Shown here: positions 48,804 through 59,145 of the stretch, piece after piece
Numbering within the stretch: position 1 is the first letter of the stretch
Layout: each line of letters begins with the position of its first letter
NCBI GenBank assembly: GCA_963804975.1
Contig: CAWDSG010000002.1
Coordinates: 53,554 to 117,553, forward strand
Length of the DNA stretch: 64,000 nucleotides
Direction: 5' to 3'
Origin: an uncultured bacterium
Lineage (GTDB): Bacteria; Patescibacteriota; Minisyncoccia; Phycocordibacterales; GWA1-40-21
Position numbers and translations under genes: made by a program
The notes under the pieces: model-generated
What the model was told of the DNA's origin: nothing
The model's database searches: none
Seen by the model: the letters and a program-made list of their open reading frames with translations, nothing else

Positions 48804-49637
48804 ATGGGAATCAAATACATAGACATTCACTCTCATTTGGATTTTCCTGACCTGTCTACCGGTCAGGCAGGTTATGGAAAAGATTTTTCAGAAGTCATAC
48901 AAAGAATGCGCGATATGGGTGTGGCGACGATTACAGTTGGCACGGATTTAGAAAGTTCAAAAAAAGCGGTGAGAATTGCCGAGGAAAATGAAAATATTTG
49001 GGCTTGTATTGGCGCTCATCCGACAGAGACGAAAGGATTTGTTTTTAAGGAAAAAGATTTCTCTGAACTTGTTAAAAATCCAAAAGTTGTGGCGATAGGC
49101 GAATGCGGGCTGGATTATTTCAAATTGACCGGCCTGCCTGCCGTTCAGGCAGGAGATATTGAATCAGAAAAAAACCGCCAGAAAAAGGAATTCATAAAGC
49201 AGATTGAGTTTTCAATCAAATATGATAAGTCGCTAATGCTTCATATTCGTGATGCACATGATGATGCGTATGAAATTCTAAAAAAGTATCCTAAAGCCAG
49301 GGGAAATCTGCATTTTTTTACGGGAAATTCAGAATTGGCAAAGAAATTTATCGCGCTTGGATTTACAGTATCTTTTCCGGGTGTTATTACTTTTCCTGGC
49401 CGGACAGGCGCAAATGAAACACAAGAAGCTGTGAAAAATATTCCGCTTGATAAAATGCATGCCGAAACAGATTCTCCTTTTGCCACACCCGTTCCATATC
49501 GTGGAAAGAGAAACGAACCGACCTATGTAATAGAAGTTATCAAAAAAATCGCTGAAATTCGGGGCGAAGACCTTGAAAAAGTTAGAACTCAGCTTCTAGA
49601 AAATGCAAAAAATACATTTGGTCTTAATTTTAAATAA
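48804..49637 (+). CDS. tatD: TatD-family metal-dependent hydrolase
   Basis: IDIHSHLDF N-terminal motif and a GECGLDY-type internal motif. Start at ATG 48804, 2 nt after the metG stop. Confidence 0.8.
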   Translation: MGIKYIDIHSHLDFPDLSTGQAGYGKDFSEVIQRMRDMGVATITVGTDLESSKKAVRIAEENENIWACIGAHPTETKGFVFKEKDFSELVKNPKVVAIGECGLDYFKLTGLPAVQAGDIESEKNRQKKEFIKQIEFSIKYDKSLMLHIRDAHDDAYEILKKYPKARGNLHFFTGNSELAKKFIALGFTVSFPGVITFPGRTGANETQEAVKNIPLDKMHAETDSPFATPVPYRGKRNEPTYVIEVIKKIAEIRGEDLEKVRTQLLENAKNTFGLNFK

Positions 49638-49652
49638 TGCTATATTTTTCTT

Positions 49653-50525
49653 ATGTCAGAACCTAAAACTTTAATTACAAAACCAAGCGCAGATTATGAG
49701 CTGATAGACAGCGGAAACGGGGAAAAGCTTGAACGATACGGAAAATATGTTCTGCAAAGACCTGATCCGCAGGCGCTTTGGGATGAAACTTTACCGGAAA
49801 AAGATTGGAAAGTAGCCGACGCAACCTTTGATGGTGACAGAAAAATTTGGAAAAAGAAAAATGACAGTATGCAAAACGAGTGGCAGATTTCTTTTGGTGA
49901 CCTTAAATTCAACATCAAACCAACAGCTTTCAAGCATACCGGAGTTTTTCCTGAGCAGGAATCCAATTGGAAATGGATTGAAGAAAAAATCAAAAAAGCA
50001 AACAAACCGATAAAAATTTTAAATCTTTTTGGATATACTGGAGGGGCAACTTTGGCGGCACTTTCTGCCGGCGCGGAAGTTACGCATGTTGATAGCTCAA
50101 AATCTTCCATTACTTGGGCGAAAGAAAATGCCGAACTTTCTGGACTAGATAAAAAACCTGTCAGATGGATAATTGACGATGCGAAAAAATTCGTAATAAG
50201 AGAAATAAAGCGAGGGAATAAATATGACGGCATAATAATGGACCCGCCATCTTTTGGCAGGGGCGCAAAAGGTGAGATCTGGAAAATTGAAAACGATCTT
50301 TTACCGCTTCTGAAAGAATGTTCAAAAATACTTTCAGACAACCTAGTTTTTTTCTTGATAAACGGCTATGCAGCGGGATATTCTTCAATCGCGTATTACA
50401 ATGCCCTAAAATCCATAATGGGGAAATATGGAGGCAGTTTTGAATTTGGCGAGCTTGCGATACAAGAATTAGAAGCTGGGCGACTTTTACCTTGTGGAAT
50501 TTTTGCAAGATGGTCACGTAAGTAA
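49653..50525 (+). CDS. class I SAM-dependent methyltransferase (RlmI/RlmK-like rRNA methyltransferase core)
   Basis: ILNLFGYTGGATLAALSAGA (motif I) and IIMDPPSF (motif IV). Confidence 0.6.
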   Translation: MSEPKTLITKPSADYELIDSGNGEKLERYGKYVLQRPDPQALWDETLPEKDWKVADATFDGDRKIWKKKNDSMQNEWQISFGDLKFNIKPTAFKHTGVFPEQESNWKWIEEKIKKANKPIKILNLFGYTGGATLAALSAGAEVTHVDSSKSSITWAKENAELSGLDKKPVRWIIDDAKKFVIREIKRGNKYDGIIMDPPSFGRGAKGEIWKIENDLLPLLKECSKILSDNLVFFLINGYAAGYSSIAYYNALKSIMGKYGGSFEFGELAIQELEAGRLLPCGIFARWSRK

Positions 50526-50569
50526 TTTATGATATAATATAGAAAATTATTAATTTAACAAAAAATAAT

Positions 50570-51352
50570 ATGGAAGAAAAAAAAGTTTGCTGTATGGAAT
50601 GGAAAAATCACAAATGCGCACACATTGCGGTAAGTATTCTTGTAATTCTCATTGCTATTTTTTTGGTCAAGGGAATATTTAATTGCGGCGGCAGAGAAAA
50701 TAAAAATACAGACCAGAATACCATTGTTGTTTCTGGAAAAGGCGAGCTTGCCGTAAAGCCGGATATCGCTACAGTTTCTTTTTCTGTAATGGAAGAAAAT
50801 AAGGATGTCTCATATGCCAGCGATGCCGTGAATACGAAAATTGCAAAAATTATGAGCACTTTGAAAGTGGACGGAGTTGATGAAAAAGACATTAAAACAA
50901 CGGATTACAGCATTTATCCGAGGTATAATTATGTAAACGCGCAAATGTATCCTTACAACGGCACACAGGTGCTTGCAGGGTATGATGTGACACAGAGCAT
51001 TGAAGTGAAGATAAAAGATCTTTCAAAAGCCGGGAAAATAATTACGGATCTTGGAACTCTTAATGTTACGAATATGAGCGGTTTGAATTTTACCGAAGAC
51101 AAGTATGATGATCTGGTAAGGCAAGCGAGGGATGAAGCAATCGCCGATGCGAGAAGCCAAGCGCAAAGTTTGGCGAAATCTCTCGGCGTGAAGCTTGGCA
51201 AAATAGTCAGTTATTCAGAAGGAAGCACCCCGATATATTATGGAATGGGCGTTTCAAATGCTGCACCTATGATGACCAAGAGTGAAGCGGTTTTGCCAAC
51301 AGGAGAGAATAAAATCACCTCGAATGTAAGCGTGACTTATGAAATTAAATAA
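50570..51352 (+). CDS. SIMPL-domain (DUF541) protein with N-terminal membrane anchor
   Basis: TM, then VVSGKGELAVKPDIATVSFSV, the typical SIMPL start. A GC hairpin gcggcgcc..ggcgccgc lies downstream. Confidence 0.7.
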   Translation: MEEKKVCCMEWKNHKCAHIAVSILVILIAIFLVKGIFNCGGRENKNTDQNTIVVSGKGELAVKPDIATVSFSVMEENKDVSYASDAVNTKIAKIMSTLKVDGVDEKDIKTTDYSIYPRYNYVNAQMYPYNGTQVLAGYDVTQSIEVKIKDLSKAGKIITDLGTLNVTNMSGLNFTEDKYDDLVRQARDEAIADARSQAQSLAKSLGVKLGKIVSYSEGSTPIYYGMGVSNAAPMMTKSEAVLPTGENKITSNVSVTYEIK

Positions 51353-51480
51353 ACTTTGCGGATAAGCTCAAATGCGAAAGCGGCGCCGCAGGCGCCGCCC
51401 TTGCATTCATTTCTTGTTCTATGGTATCATTCATTTAAGCCCGTTTGGGCGGTTTTTTAAAGAAGGTATAAAAATTCATT

Positions 51481-51663
51481 ATGTCAAAATTATCGGATTA
51501 TATCAGGGATTCAAAAGAAGAAATGAAACACGTGAGTTGGCCGACGCGAAAACAAACATTTATTTTTATGGCGCTTGTCATTATTATTTCAATCGTTGTT
51601 TCTGCATATCTCGGCTTTTTTGATTACATATTCTCTTCAATATTGAAGAGCGTTGTTTTTTAA
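51481..51663 (+). CDS. secE: preprotein translocase subunit SecE
   Basis: 60 aa with a single C-terminal TM. Immediately upstream of nusG. Confidence 0.8.
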   Translation: MSKLSDYIRDSKEEMKHVSWPTRKQTFIFMALVIIISIVVSAYLGFFDYIFSSILKSVVF

Positions 51664-51672
51664 TTAAACGCT

Positions 51673-52221
51673 ATGGCAAAACAAATAATAGAGGAAGGAA
51701 GACATTGGTACGCCATACATACCTACGCCGGCTATGAAAACGCTGTTGCCAGGAATCTGAAGCAAAGGATTGATTCTTTGAATATGAACGACAAGATTTT
51801 CAATGTCGTTGTTCCTGTTGAGAAAAAAATAAAAATAAAGGGAAACAAAAGAGTGGAAGAGGATGAAAAAATATACCCCGGCTATATTTTAGTTGATATG
51901 ATTGTCACCGATGAATCGTGGTTTGTCGTCAGAAATACGCCTCGCGTGACCGGTTTTGTCGGAGCGGGAGTTTATCCGGTTCCTCTTACCCAAAAAGAAG
52001 TGGACTTTTTCCTCGGAAGAATGGAATCCGGCGGATCAGCCAAGCACGTGGTGGATTTTTCTGTGGGCGAATCCGTGAAAATCGTGGACGGCCCGTTCAA
52101 GGATTTGGAAGGCAAGATTTCGGAGATAGACAGCGAAAAAGGCAAGGCAAGAGTCATGGTTTTGATGTTCGGCAGAGAAACATCGGTTGAACTTGATTTG
52201 CTCCAGATTCGCAAGGCATAA
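51673..52221 (+). CDS. nusG: transcription termination/antitermination factor NusG
   Basis: NGN domain WYAIHTYAGYENAV and KOW GESVKIVDGPFKDLEGKI. Confidence 0.9.
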   Translation: MAKQIIEEGRHWYAIHTYAGYENAVARNLKQRIDSLNMNDKIFNVVVPVEKKIKIKGNKRVEEDEKIYPGYILVDMIVTDESWFVVRNTPRVTGFVGAGVYPVPLTQKEVDFFLGRMESGGSAKHVVDFSVGESVKIVDGPFKDLEGKISEIDSEKGKARVMVLMFGRETSVELDLLQIRKA

Positions 52222-52284
52222 CTTTACTTTTTATCGGTTTCCTGATAATTTAACTTGGCCTCTAAATCAAATAATTAAAAAACT

Positions 52285-52707
52285 ATGGCAAAAAAAATAA
52301 TAAAAAAATTGAAACTTCAAATACCTGCTGGCAAAGCCAATCCTGCTCCGCCGGTTGGCCCGGCTCTTGGCCAGGCAGGCATAAATATCGGAGATTTTGT
52401 CAATAAATTCAACTTAGCCACAAAAAACCAGATTGGCGATATTCTTCCTGTGGTTATTACGGTTTATGAAGACAGATCTTATAATTTTGTACTTAAAACT
52501 CCTCCGACAGCCACCCTTATTTTGAAAGCTTTGGGACTGGAAAAAGGTTCCGGCAATCCGAACACGAAAAAAATCGGCACGCTTACAAAAGCCCAGGTCA
52601 AAGAAATTGCAGAGAGGAAGCTCGTGGATATGAACGCAAACGATATCAATGCCGCCATGAAAATGGTGGAAGGCGCAGCAAAATCAATGGGCGTTGAAGT
52701 GCGATGA
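52285..52707 (+). CDS. rplK: 50S ribosomal protein L11
   Basis: [26 protein letters not shown] is a highly conserved L11 N-terminus. Confidence 0.95.
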   Translation: MAKKIIKKLKLQIPAGKANPAPPVGPALGQAGINIGDFVNKFNLATKNQIGDILPVVITVYEDRSYNFVLKTPPTATLILKALGLEKGSGNPNTKKIGTLTKAQVKEIAERKLVDMNANDINAAMKMVEGAAKSMGVEVR

Positions 52708-52826
52708 CCCGCACTTCAACGGACCTTTTGAGATATTTTTGGAGTATTATGAACAAAAATATCCAAAAGGTGTACTGCTCCTGTAAGGAGTGGATGTAAA
52801 ATAAAACTGTAAAATATATAAAAAAT

Positions 52827-52860
52827 AAGGGCGGCAACCGAAGGTTGCCGCCCTTATTTT
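52827..52860 (+). terminator. rho-independent terminator after rplK (no rplA follows)
   Basis: aagggcggcaacc gaag gttgccgccctt followed by atttt. Confidence 0.7.
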
Positions 52861-52958
52861 AATTTCTCGGTTGACTTTTAAACTTATTTTTGCCAATATC
52901 TGAAATGGAGTTCGGATAAAAATACTTGAAAAAATAATACAAACGGGGAGGCAGAGAG

Positions 52959-53564
52959 ATGAATTTGCCGAAAGGTGCGTTTAAAATCCATCCTGAAAGC
53001 GTAAAATCTTATCTTTCTAAAATTTCAACCGGAAATTGGGGGTTTGTTGCCGGAACAAAAACTTTAGCTGAACTTATGGCTGAAATAGAAAAAGGTGAAA
53101 GTTTTTTGGCAAATGCCGGCAAGCTCGGCGTTGTTCGTATTGTTTCAGCCGTTCAGGTCACTGTCTGCTATCGGAACCTTATTTTGCTGGAGCTCTACCG
53201 TAAAAAGAACGGCAAATTTTCATATCGGCCACTTTGCGCTTCTCTTTCGGAAAAGATTAATCCCGGGGAGAAACCCAAAGAAGCGGTTTTTCGCAGTATT
53301 CGCGAGGAATTGGGTGTTTCAGCCGAAGGCAATTTGGCATCATTAGCATCTTCCAGAAGAAAGACGGAAGTCAATGATTCGGGAAGTTTCCCGGGGCTTA
53401 AAACAATCTACTATTTTTATCCTTTCAAAGTTCGTTTTCGGTCTCGGATATACAAAGCAAAAGGTTATATTACAGATGAAAAAGGACGCATAACTCGTTT
53501 CATATGGTCAACGAGAGAATCAGGGGAAAGTGTCTTTAAAGAAAATTCCTTAGAATCAGTTTGA
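52959..53564 (+). CDS. Nudix hydrolase
   Basis: Nudix box GEKPKEAVFRSIREELGV (Gx5Ex7REUxEExGU). Confidence 0.6.
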   Translation: MNLPKGAFKIHPESVKSYLSKISTGNWGFVAGTKTLAELMAEIEKGESFLANAGKLGVVRIVSAVQVTVCYRNLILLELYRKKNGKFSYRPLCASLSEKINPGEKPKEAVFRSIREELGVSAEGNLASLASSRRKTEVNDSGSFPGLKTIYYFYPFKVRFRSRIYKAKGYITDEKGRITRFIWSTRESGESVFKENSLESV

Positions 53565-53605
53565 TCGATTTTTAATCAGTGGCGCGCCGAATCGGCCGCC
53601 ACTTT

Positions 53606-54271
53606 TTATATCAAATATTTTTCTATTTCTGCAAACGAAGCCAGCTGCGGGCAATTCGCTTCATCTGTTTTTTCTTTTATATTTACCAAAATGCAATTGA
53701 TGCCAAGATCATTTGGAACGATATAATCACTTGCGATTCTGTCTCCCACATACAAAAATTGCCCAGGTTTGAATTGCGGATATTTTTTCATCCATATTTT
53801 ATAAGATGCGCCATCTGATTTTAACCCATCATTTTTTGTGATGATATTGCTGAATGAATCGGTGCGGAATCCAAGATGTTTCAATTTTAATTTTGTTATT
53901 TTTAAATTTGAACCGGTTACAAGGTCCAGATTATCGTATTTTTCCTTTAATTTCTTAATGATATCCAAGGTTTTTTTGTCAGGGCTGAGAAATTTTGCTA
54001 TATTGGCTTTTTCAAGAGCTGTTTGGACAACTTCTTTAGCGTCTGGGATGCCCAACGCTTCTAAACTTTTTCTTCCGCTAAGCCCAGTGCCGTTTTTATA
54101 CAGATCTTTAAAAAGCTTTTCAGATTCTTTTATGGTTGTTTTTTTGTATTTTGATATTATCTGATATATGTATTTTTGTATGGCAGCATCAATTTCTGGC
54201 GACTTGGGATACAGGGTCTGATCCAAATCAAAGCCGATTACTTTTATATTTTTTTTGTAATCAAATTCCAT
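53606..54271 (-). CDS. HAD-superfamily hydrolase/phosphatase
   Basis: Motif I VIGFDLDQTLY (DxDxT), motif II TGS, and motif IV GDRIASD. Confidence 0.7.
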   Translation of the reverse strand: MEFDYKKNIKVIGFDLDQTLYPKSPEIDAAIQKYIYQIISKYKKTTIKESEKLFKDLYKNGTGLSGRKSLEALGIPDAKEVVQTALEKANIAKFLSPDKKTLDIIKKLKEKYDNLDLVTGSNLKITKLKLKHLGFRTDSFSNIITKNDGLKSDGASYKIWMKKYPQFKPGQFLYVGDRIASDYIVPNDLGINCILVNIKEKTDEANCPQLASFAEIEKYLI

Positions 54272-54272
54272 A

Positions 54273-56696
54273 TCAGTTTATATTACCGACATATATTATC
54301 ACAAATTCGCCCAGATCTTTTTTAAGCTCTTTTTTATATTGCGTTATCAGATAATTCACAAGATTCTTGTCGTCATCCATATTTTTTATCTTATGGTTCA
54401 TAAACACTGCGGAAGCATAAATTTTTCCTCCGCAGACATTTGCCTGGAAAAATGCCAGCATATCGGATTGCGGATCCGTTTTTCCGGGAATATATTCGCT
54501 TATTATCGGATTATTATGCTTATCGCCCTTTTTAACAAGATAATCTATGGCTTTTTTGAGTATATTGACCCCGTTGTAATTTTCCAGATTGTCCATGATT
54601 TTATTTTTTGGCCTATCATTATTTTCTTTCGCCTGTTCGGTAAGCATTGCAACCGCATTTTTTGATTTTATTTGGCCGCTTCCTTTCAGATTGTACGGCC
54701 CGCTGTCGTTGTTCACTTCACCGCAGGGTTTGGACGGTTCGGAAAGGATTTTTTTTGTCCTTTGCTCTTCGGACAATAGCAGAATATTCGCCCTGTTTGA
54801 AAACATAAACATATCGCCGGATTTCAGGCCAAGAGCTTCTCTTAAGGGAACTACATAAGCGTCATGCAATCCAAAAACATTTTCCGGATAAGCGTTCACT
54901 ATATTGTGCGCTCTTGCTATATGGAACGAATGCAATTTCCCGTCTTCAACGAAGAATATATCGTGCGTCAAGCATGGATCATGTGAAAATTTCAGTTTTT
55001 TTGTATCGGGATCAACATAAAAAGACATATCTTTTACAGGATCGAATCTTTGGACTATAGTGGCGGAATTTTTATTTTTCAACAGAGTTTTTTTCGTTGT
55101 TCCCATCTGATCAAAGCCGAAATAAGCCCTTGTCCTTTCGCCATAAGTATATGTGCCGTCATTGTCTTTTCTTAATAATTGCTCTTTATAGGCATTTCTC
55201 ACTTCTTCGCCCGTCTGGTCTCCCTGCTTGTATATTTCGGGAAATATTTTTAATGCAGAATCGGCATTTCTATAAATCGCAAGCACCGAAGCCGATCTTG
55301 CGAGCCCTTTCCATTCATCGCCGTGATTTTCGGTCAGGCCTTCGGTATAAACTTTTCGCAATACAGCTTTATGCGCGTCCAAAAACGAATCGCTTTCAAC
55401 GGTAAGAAAAGGAAACCTCGTCTTGTTCGTCTTGAATATGGGAATAAAATCCTGGATGAACGTGTAGCCGAATTTTGACGCTATTCCAGCCCTGCTTACT
55501 TGGATGCCGATATCCAATCTGTGCAGAAAATCCATTTCGTATTTTTCAAATCTGTCCAATTTGGCGATTTCTTCAAGAATGACAGAAACACTGTTTGATA
55601 AAAGCTCAAAAACTTCTTCGCAAGCGTCAAAAGCCAGGCACATGACACGAATGCCTTTTTCATCGCTGTTTATCTTATAGTAATACTTATTATCCATTTT
55701 CAATTTGATCTGATTTTCTATAGGAACTTCTTTTGTGCCGGTTATTTTATTTTCTTTGACGAAAGATTTAACTTTTATATCATTTGACAATTCTATGTTG
55801 GCCCGCCCGAGTTCCGCGCCCAAAACGACCTGGTCAATCAGAGAAAATGAATCTTTTTCTTCACCTAAAAATTTCAAAAGGGTATATCCTATGAGAAAGG
55901 GAATTTCCGATTTTATAAAAATGATTCCTTTTTTGGTTTTTATATCAAGCCGTATGTATTTTCTTTCAGCAACCGATACTCTGAAAGGGCAGTCAAAAGT
56001 TTTATCTTTGCCGGACAATACAATTTTTGGCGGTTCAAGATACCTATATTCCTTCGGATCTATGAATATATCGCCTTTTTTCTTTGTTTTTGCCGAAGCG
56101 ACGGCGGAAATAAGCTTGTTTAAAGAGTCGTAATATATATTTTCTTTTTTATTGATTTCTTCCAGGAGTGAAAGGATTTTCGGGTCGATTTTCGGCCTCA
56201 GCCAATTCAGATAATTTTCCACTATTTTTTTACTTGCCTCATTTTTGTGCATAAATACCGGCAATACGGTAATTTCTTTTTTGAATAATTCTATTATATT
56301 TTTGCTCAGGTTCGGATAGTGAGGGGAGGCGGCAATGCCGTCTTTTATATAATTTCCTCCTTTGCCTTCCACAAATCCATTCTGCATGGCCTGAAGCAAA
56401 TTTGTGCTCGGAGCGAATGTAACGGTTTCTTCGGAAAAAAGTATGAGATATTTCTGGGTCGGATGGGCAAGGCAGTTCAATATCATTCTCTCAACGCCAT
56501 CGCGGTTTACAATAAGCGAGCCAAGCACTGCCACATTTTTCCTGTTGGAACTTTCTATGCTGTTCAGGACTTCTCCGGGAGATGTCGTGTTTGTGCAGAT
56601 GCCGATCAGGCCGTGGTCGCCTTCTTTGGGTGTTAAAAGTATCGCTTCCACCAGCGGAAATTTTGTTTTTATTTTTTTATTCGTGATTTCAGCCAT
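54273..56696 (-). CDS. 807-aa multidomain protein containing a thymidylate-synthase-fold (ThyA / pyrimidine hydroxymethylase superfamily) segment fused to about 440 aa of unknown N-terminal domains
   Basis: Residues around 480-640 align by eye to ThyA: GERTRAYFGFDQMG, DPCLTHDIFFVEDGKLHSFHIARAHN (the PCH...FQFYV..GKLSCQLYQRSxD region, with the nucleophile Cys) and LKSGDMFMFSNRANI (LKPGDF..TLGDAHIY). The N-terminal part could not be recognised. Confidence 0.45.
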   Translation of the reverse strand: MAEITNKKIKTKFPLVEAILLTPKEGDHGLIGICTNTTSPGEVLNSIESSNRKNVAVLGSLIVNRDGVERMILNCLAHPTQKYLILFSEETVTFAPSTNLLQAMQNGFVEGKGGNYIKDGIAASPHYPNLSKNIIELFKKEITVLPVFMHKNEASKKIVENYLNWLRPKIDPKILSLLEEINKKENIYYDSLNKLISAVASAKTKKKGDIFIDPKEYRYLEPPKIVLSGKDKTFDCPFRVSVAERKYIRLDIKTKKGIIFIKSEIPFLIGYTLLKFLGEEKDSFSLIDQVVLGAELGRANIELSNDIKVKSFVKENKITGTKEVPIENQIKLKMDNKYYYKINSDEKGIRVMCLAFDACEEVFELLSNSVSVILEEIAKLDRFEKYEMDFLHRLDIGIQVSRAGIASKFGYTFIQDFIPIFKTNKTRFPFLTVESDSFLDAHKAVLRKVYTEGLTENHGDEWKGLARSASVLAIYRNADSALKIFPEIYKQGDQTGEEVRNAYKEQLLRKDNDGTYTYGERTRAYFGFDQMGTTKKTLLKNKNSATIVQRFDPVKDMSFYVDPDTKKLKFSHDPCLTHDIFFVEDGKLHSFHIARAHNIVNAYPENVFGLHDAYVVPLREALGLKSGDMFMFSNRANILLLSEEQRTKKILSEPSKPCGEVNNDSGPYNLKGSGQIKSKNAVAMLTEQAKENNDRPKNKIMDNLENYNGVNILKKAIDYLVKKGDKHNNPIISEYIPGKTDPQSDMLAFFQANVCGGKIYASAVFMNHKIKNMDDDKNLVNYLITQYKKELKKDLGEFVIIYVGNIN

Positions 56697-56709
56697 TTTG
56701 CATTTATTT

Positions 56710-57597
56710 TTATTTCCAGTTTTTGCTGTTCCATGAATTTGGAAGATATTCCGGCATCGTATGCTCGTCCGTTTTATCGGAATTCATAGAAAAACAATAT
56801 ATTTTTGGATTCAAATTGAATTTGGCGGATATTTCCGCGATGAATTGCCGGCAGATGCCGCACATATTGCACGGTTCATCCGCGTATTTTGTTGAAATCA
56901 ATCCTATATGGGTTATTTCCGCATTCTTATCCATTATTGCGGAAAGTATTGCGCACATTTCCGAATGCAGCCCCAATCTTTTGTCCGGGCTTGAATATTG
57001 CCCGGCAAAATACAACGTGCTGTTTTTTGTTATGACAGCCGTGCCATAACCCGAGGCCTTATCTGATGTCGGAAAATTCCTGCTTACGCCTTTTATAGCA
57101 TATTCTTTAAGTTTTTTTATTTTATCTTCTTCATTTTTAACTTTAATATCAACTTTATTCGGGGAAATATCCGAATTTTTCGTCATAGAAAGGATATTTG
57201 GTTTCGGATTGTAATATTCGGCCAGTTTTATCGCATTTTCCGCCGATAAAAGCGTTTTTCCTTCGGAATTTATCATTTCGTACGATATCGGAACGCCGGT
57301 TCTTATAGAATGGTCGATTATTATCTCAACAGTTTGCGGTAAAACCAAAACATCGGCATCAAAATTATCCGAAAGCGTGATTATCTTCTTGATTTTATAA
57401 TCTTTTGCCGAGGAAGCCAGCATCAGGGAAATTTGCTCCGAGCTTATATTCAACAGATGTGTGTCAGAATCCACCGAGCCGGCCGCATAAATATTCCCTT
57501 TATCCGATATGGCTACGGACGATGTTCTTTTGCTGTCTTTTTTTTTGCTGACGCACAAATTCAGGGCATCTTTTAATATTTTTGTATAATCGCGCAT
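56710..57597 (-). CDS. cdd: tandem-domain cytidine/deoxycytidine deaminase
   Basis: The C-terminal domain has HSEMCAI and PCNMCGICRQFIAE (the CDA zinc-binding signature). The N-terminal domain is CDA-like but lacks the zinc ligands. Confidence 0.65.
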   Translation of the reverse strand: MRDYTKILKDALNLCVSKKKDSKRTSSVAISDKGNIYAAGSVDSDTHLLNISSEQISLMLASSAKDYKIKKIITLSDNFDADVLVLPQTVEIIIDHSIRTGVPISYEMINSEGKTLLSAENAIKLAEYYNPKPNILSMTKNSDISPNKVDIKVKNEEDKIKKLKEYAIKGVSRNFPTSDKASGYGTAVITKNSTLYFAGQYSSPDKRLGLHSEMCAILSAIMDKNAEITHIGLISTKYADEPCNMCGICRQFIAEISAKFNLNPKIYCFSMNSDKTDEHTMPEYLPNSWNSKNWK

Positions 57598-57600
57598 ATT

Positions 57601-58500
57601 TTAAAATACGTCTATATTGCTTCTCAATCTGCTGATATTCAATTTAGTGTCGCTCCAGTCGTAATGCAGAACTTTCTTTAAAAAGTCATTGAAAAGGTGG
57701 ATCTTGTCCCTTTCGAGCTTAGGATACATTTTTTCCGATCTCTTGCTTGAAAGGCGTATAGTCGGCCTGAAAGGCATTGGGAAAGCGTAATATGGCACGA
57801 GAGAGGTTTCTTTTTGCGGTTCCACAAGGATGACGTTTATCGGTTCGTTGAGATATTCGGTGGCGTAATCTATCCTGTGGCTGCCGTCGCAGACAATGTA
57901 AAAATCAAAAGGACCGGTGTAGGGAACGCCGTAATTTATAATAGGCGCGTTTGAATTGAAAATATCCAAATATTTTATTGCACTTACCTCGTCAATGAAA
58001 AAATTCTGAAGATATCTGTTTGAGATTTTGTGGAGATATTCTTGAGCGTCCTTTACGCAGTATCCGTCAAATTTTTCCACCAGTTTGTCCAAATCCACAT
58101 AGCCGCCTTTCAGATAATAAGTGTGCTTTTCGACGATAGGCGGAATCATATGGTACGAATCTCTTCCTTCCCAGTCATAATTGATTCCCCCTTCCATTTC
58201 ATTGACCCTCATTTTTTCTCCTTTGAGAAATTCATCAACGGTTTTAATTATATCAAGCTGGTTCAAATAGATCGTCGGCTGTGGAGAAAAAAGAATCTCT
58301 CTTTTTTTGCCGTTCTGTATGGTGGGAAAATCGCACATTGATTTCGGCGGATAAACTTTCGTGAGGGAAAATTTTGCATTCGCATACGGCTTTATTTTTT
58401 CTCCTCTTTTGTCGTATATGCCCCGGAACGCCACTTTTCCGAGCACGTTTTTCAGCTCTTCAAAGCTTATTTTATTTTTAAATGTTAATTTGTGTTCCAT
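57601..58500 (-). CDS. hypothetical protein (conserved context with cdd and ThyA-like genes)
   Basis: 299 aa with no P-loop or other motif recognised. The stop is 3 nt from the cdd start, so it is probably co-transcribed. Confidence 0.35.
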   Translation of the reverse strand: MEHKLTFKNKISFEELKNVLGKVAFRGIYDKRGEKIKPYANAKFSLTKVYPPKSMCDFPTIQNGKKREILFSPQPTIYLNQLDIIKTVDEFLKGEKMRVNEMEGGINYDWEGRDSYHMIPPIVEKHTYYLKGGYVDLDKLVEKFDGYCVKDAQEYLHKISNRYLQNFFIDEVSAIKYLDIFNSNAPIINYGVPYTGPFDFYIVCDGSHRIDYATEYLNEPINVILVEPQKETSLVPYYAFPMPFRPTIRLSSKRSEKMYPKLERDKIHLFNDFLKKVLHYDWSDTKLNISRLRSNIDVF

Positions 58501-58627
58501 ATTTATCCGGTATTTATTAATAAAATATGATGAAATTTATACTATAATTATATCACTTATTAAGCAAGGGTGCGGATATCGGTTTTTAATGATATTCTAT
58601 GCTAAAGCGCTGTATTTTAATTTAAAA

Positions 58628-59050
58628 ATGATTCTAAAAATCAAAAAACTTCATAAGGACGCGAAAATACCTAGCTATGCGCATCATGACGATGCGGGAT
58701 TTGATCTGTTTTCAGTCAAAGATTTTAAGGTGAGGAAAGGCGAGCGGATTGGCGTGCCGACGGGAGTCGCAATGGAAATACCGGAAGGATATGTCGGCCT
58801 GGTCTGGGATAAAAGCGGGCTTGCCATAAAGCACGGAATAAAAACCATTGCTGGAGTTGTGGATTCAACATATCGGGGAGAAATATTCGTTGGTGTGATA
58901 AATTTCGGCGAAAGCGATTATATTTTTGAAAAGGGCCACAAAATAGCACAGATGATAATTCAGAAAAAAGAAAAAGTTGATTTTGAAGAAGCAAAGGAAT
59001 TATCCGATACTATACGAGGTGAAAATGGCTTTGGAAGCACAGGGAAATAG
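58628..59050 (+). CDS. dut: dUTP diphosphatase
   Basis: AGFDLF, GLVWDKSGLAIKHGI and GVVDSTYRGEI are the trimeric dUTPase motifs. The start is placed at ATG 58628. Confidence 0.85.
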   Translation: MILKIKKLHKDAKIPSYAHHDDAGFDLFSVKDFKVRKGERIGVPTGVAMEIPEGYVGLVWDKSGLAIKHGIKTIAGVVDSTYRGEIFVGVINFGESDYIFEKGHKIAQMIIQKKEKVDFEEAKELSDTIRGENGFGSTGK

Positions 59051-59145
59051 TTTGACAGAAAAACCGCAAAATGTTAGAGTATTGAAAGAACCTTTGATAT
59101 CAGGTTCTTTTTAATAATTTAGTCCGCTTATGCGGGAGAAAGAGG

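Noticed and set aside
49694-50341. 215-aa minus-strand ORF (Ser/Phe-rich) listed in the six-frame track
   Set aside because: Lies entirely antisense within the well-supported methyltransferase gene (49653-50525) and has low-complexity composition; shadow ORF.
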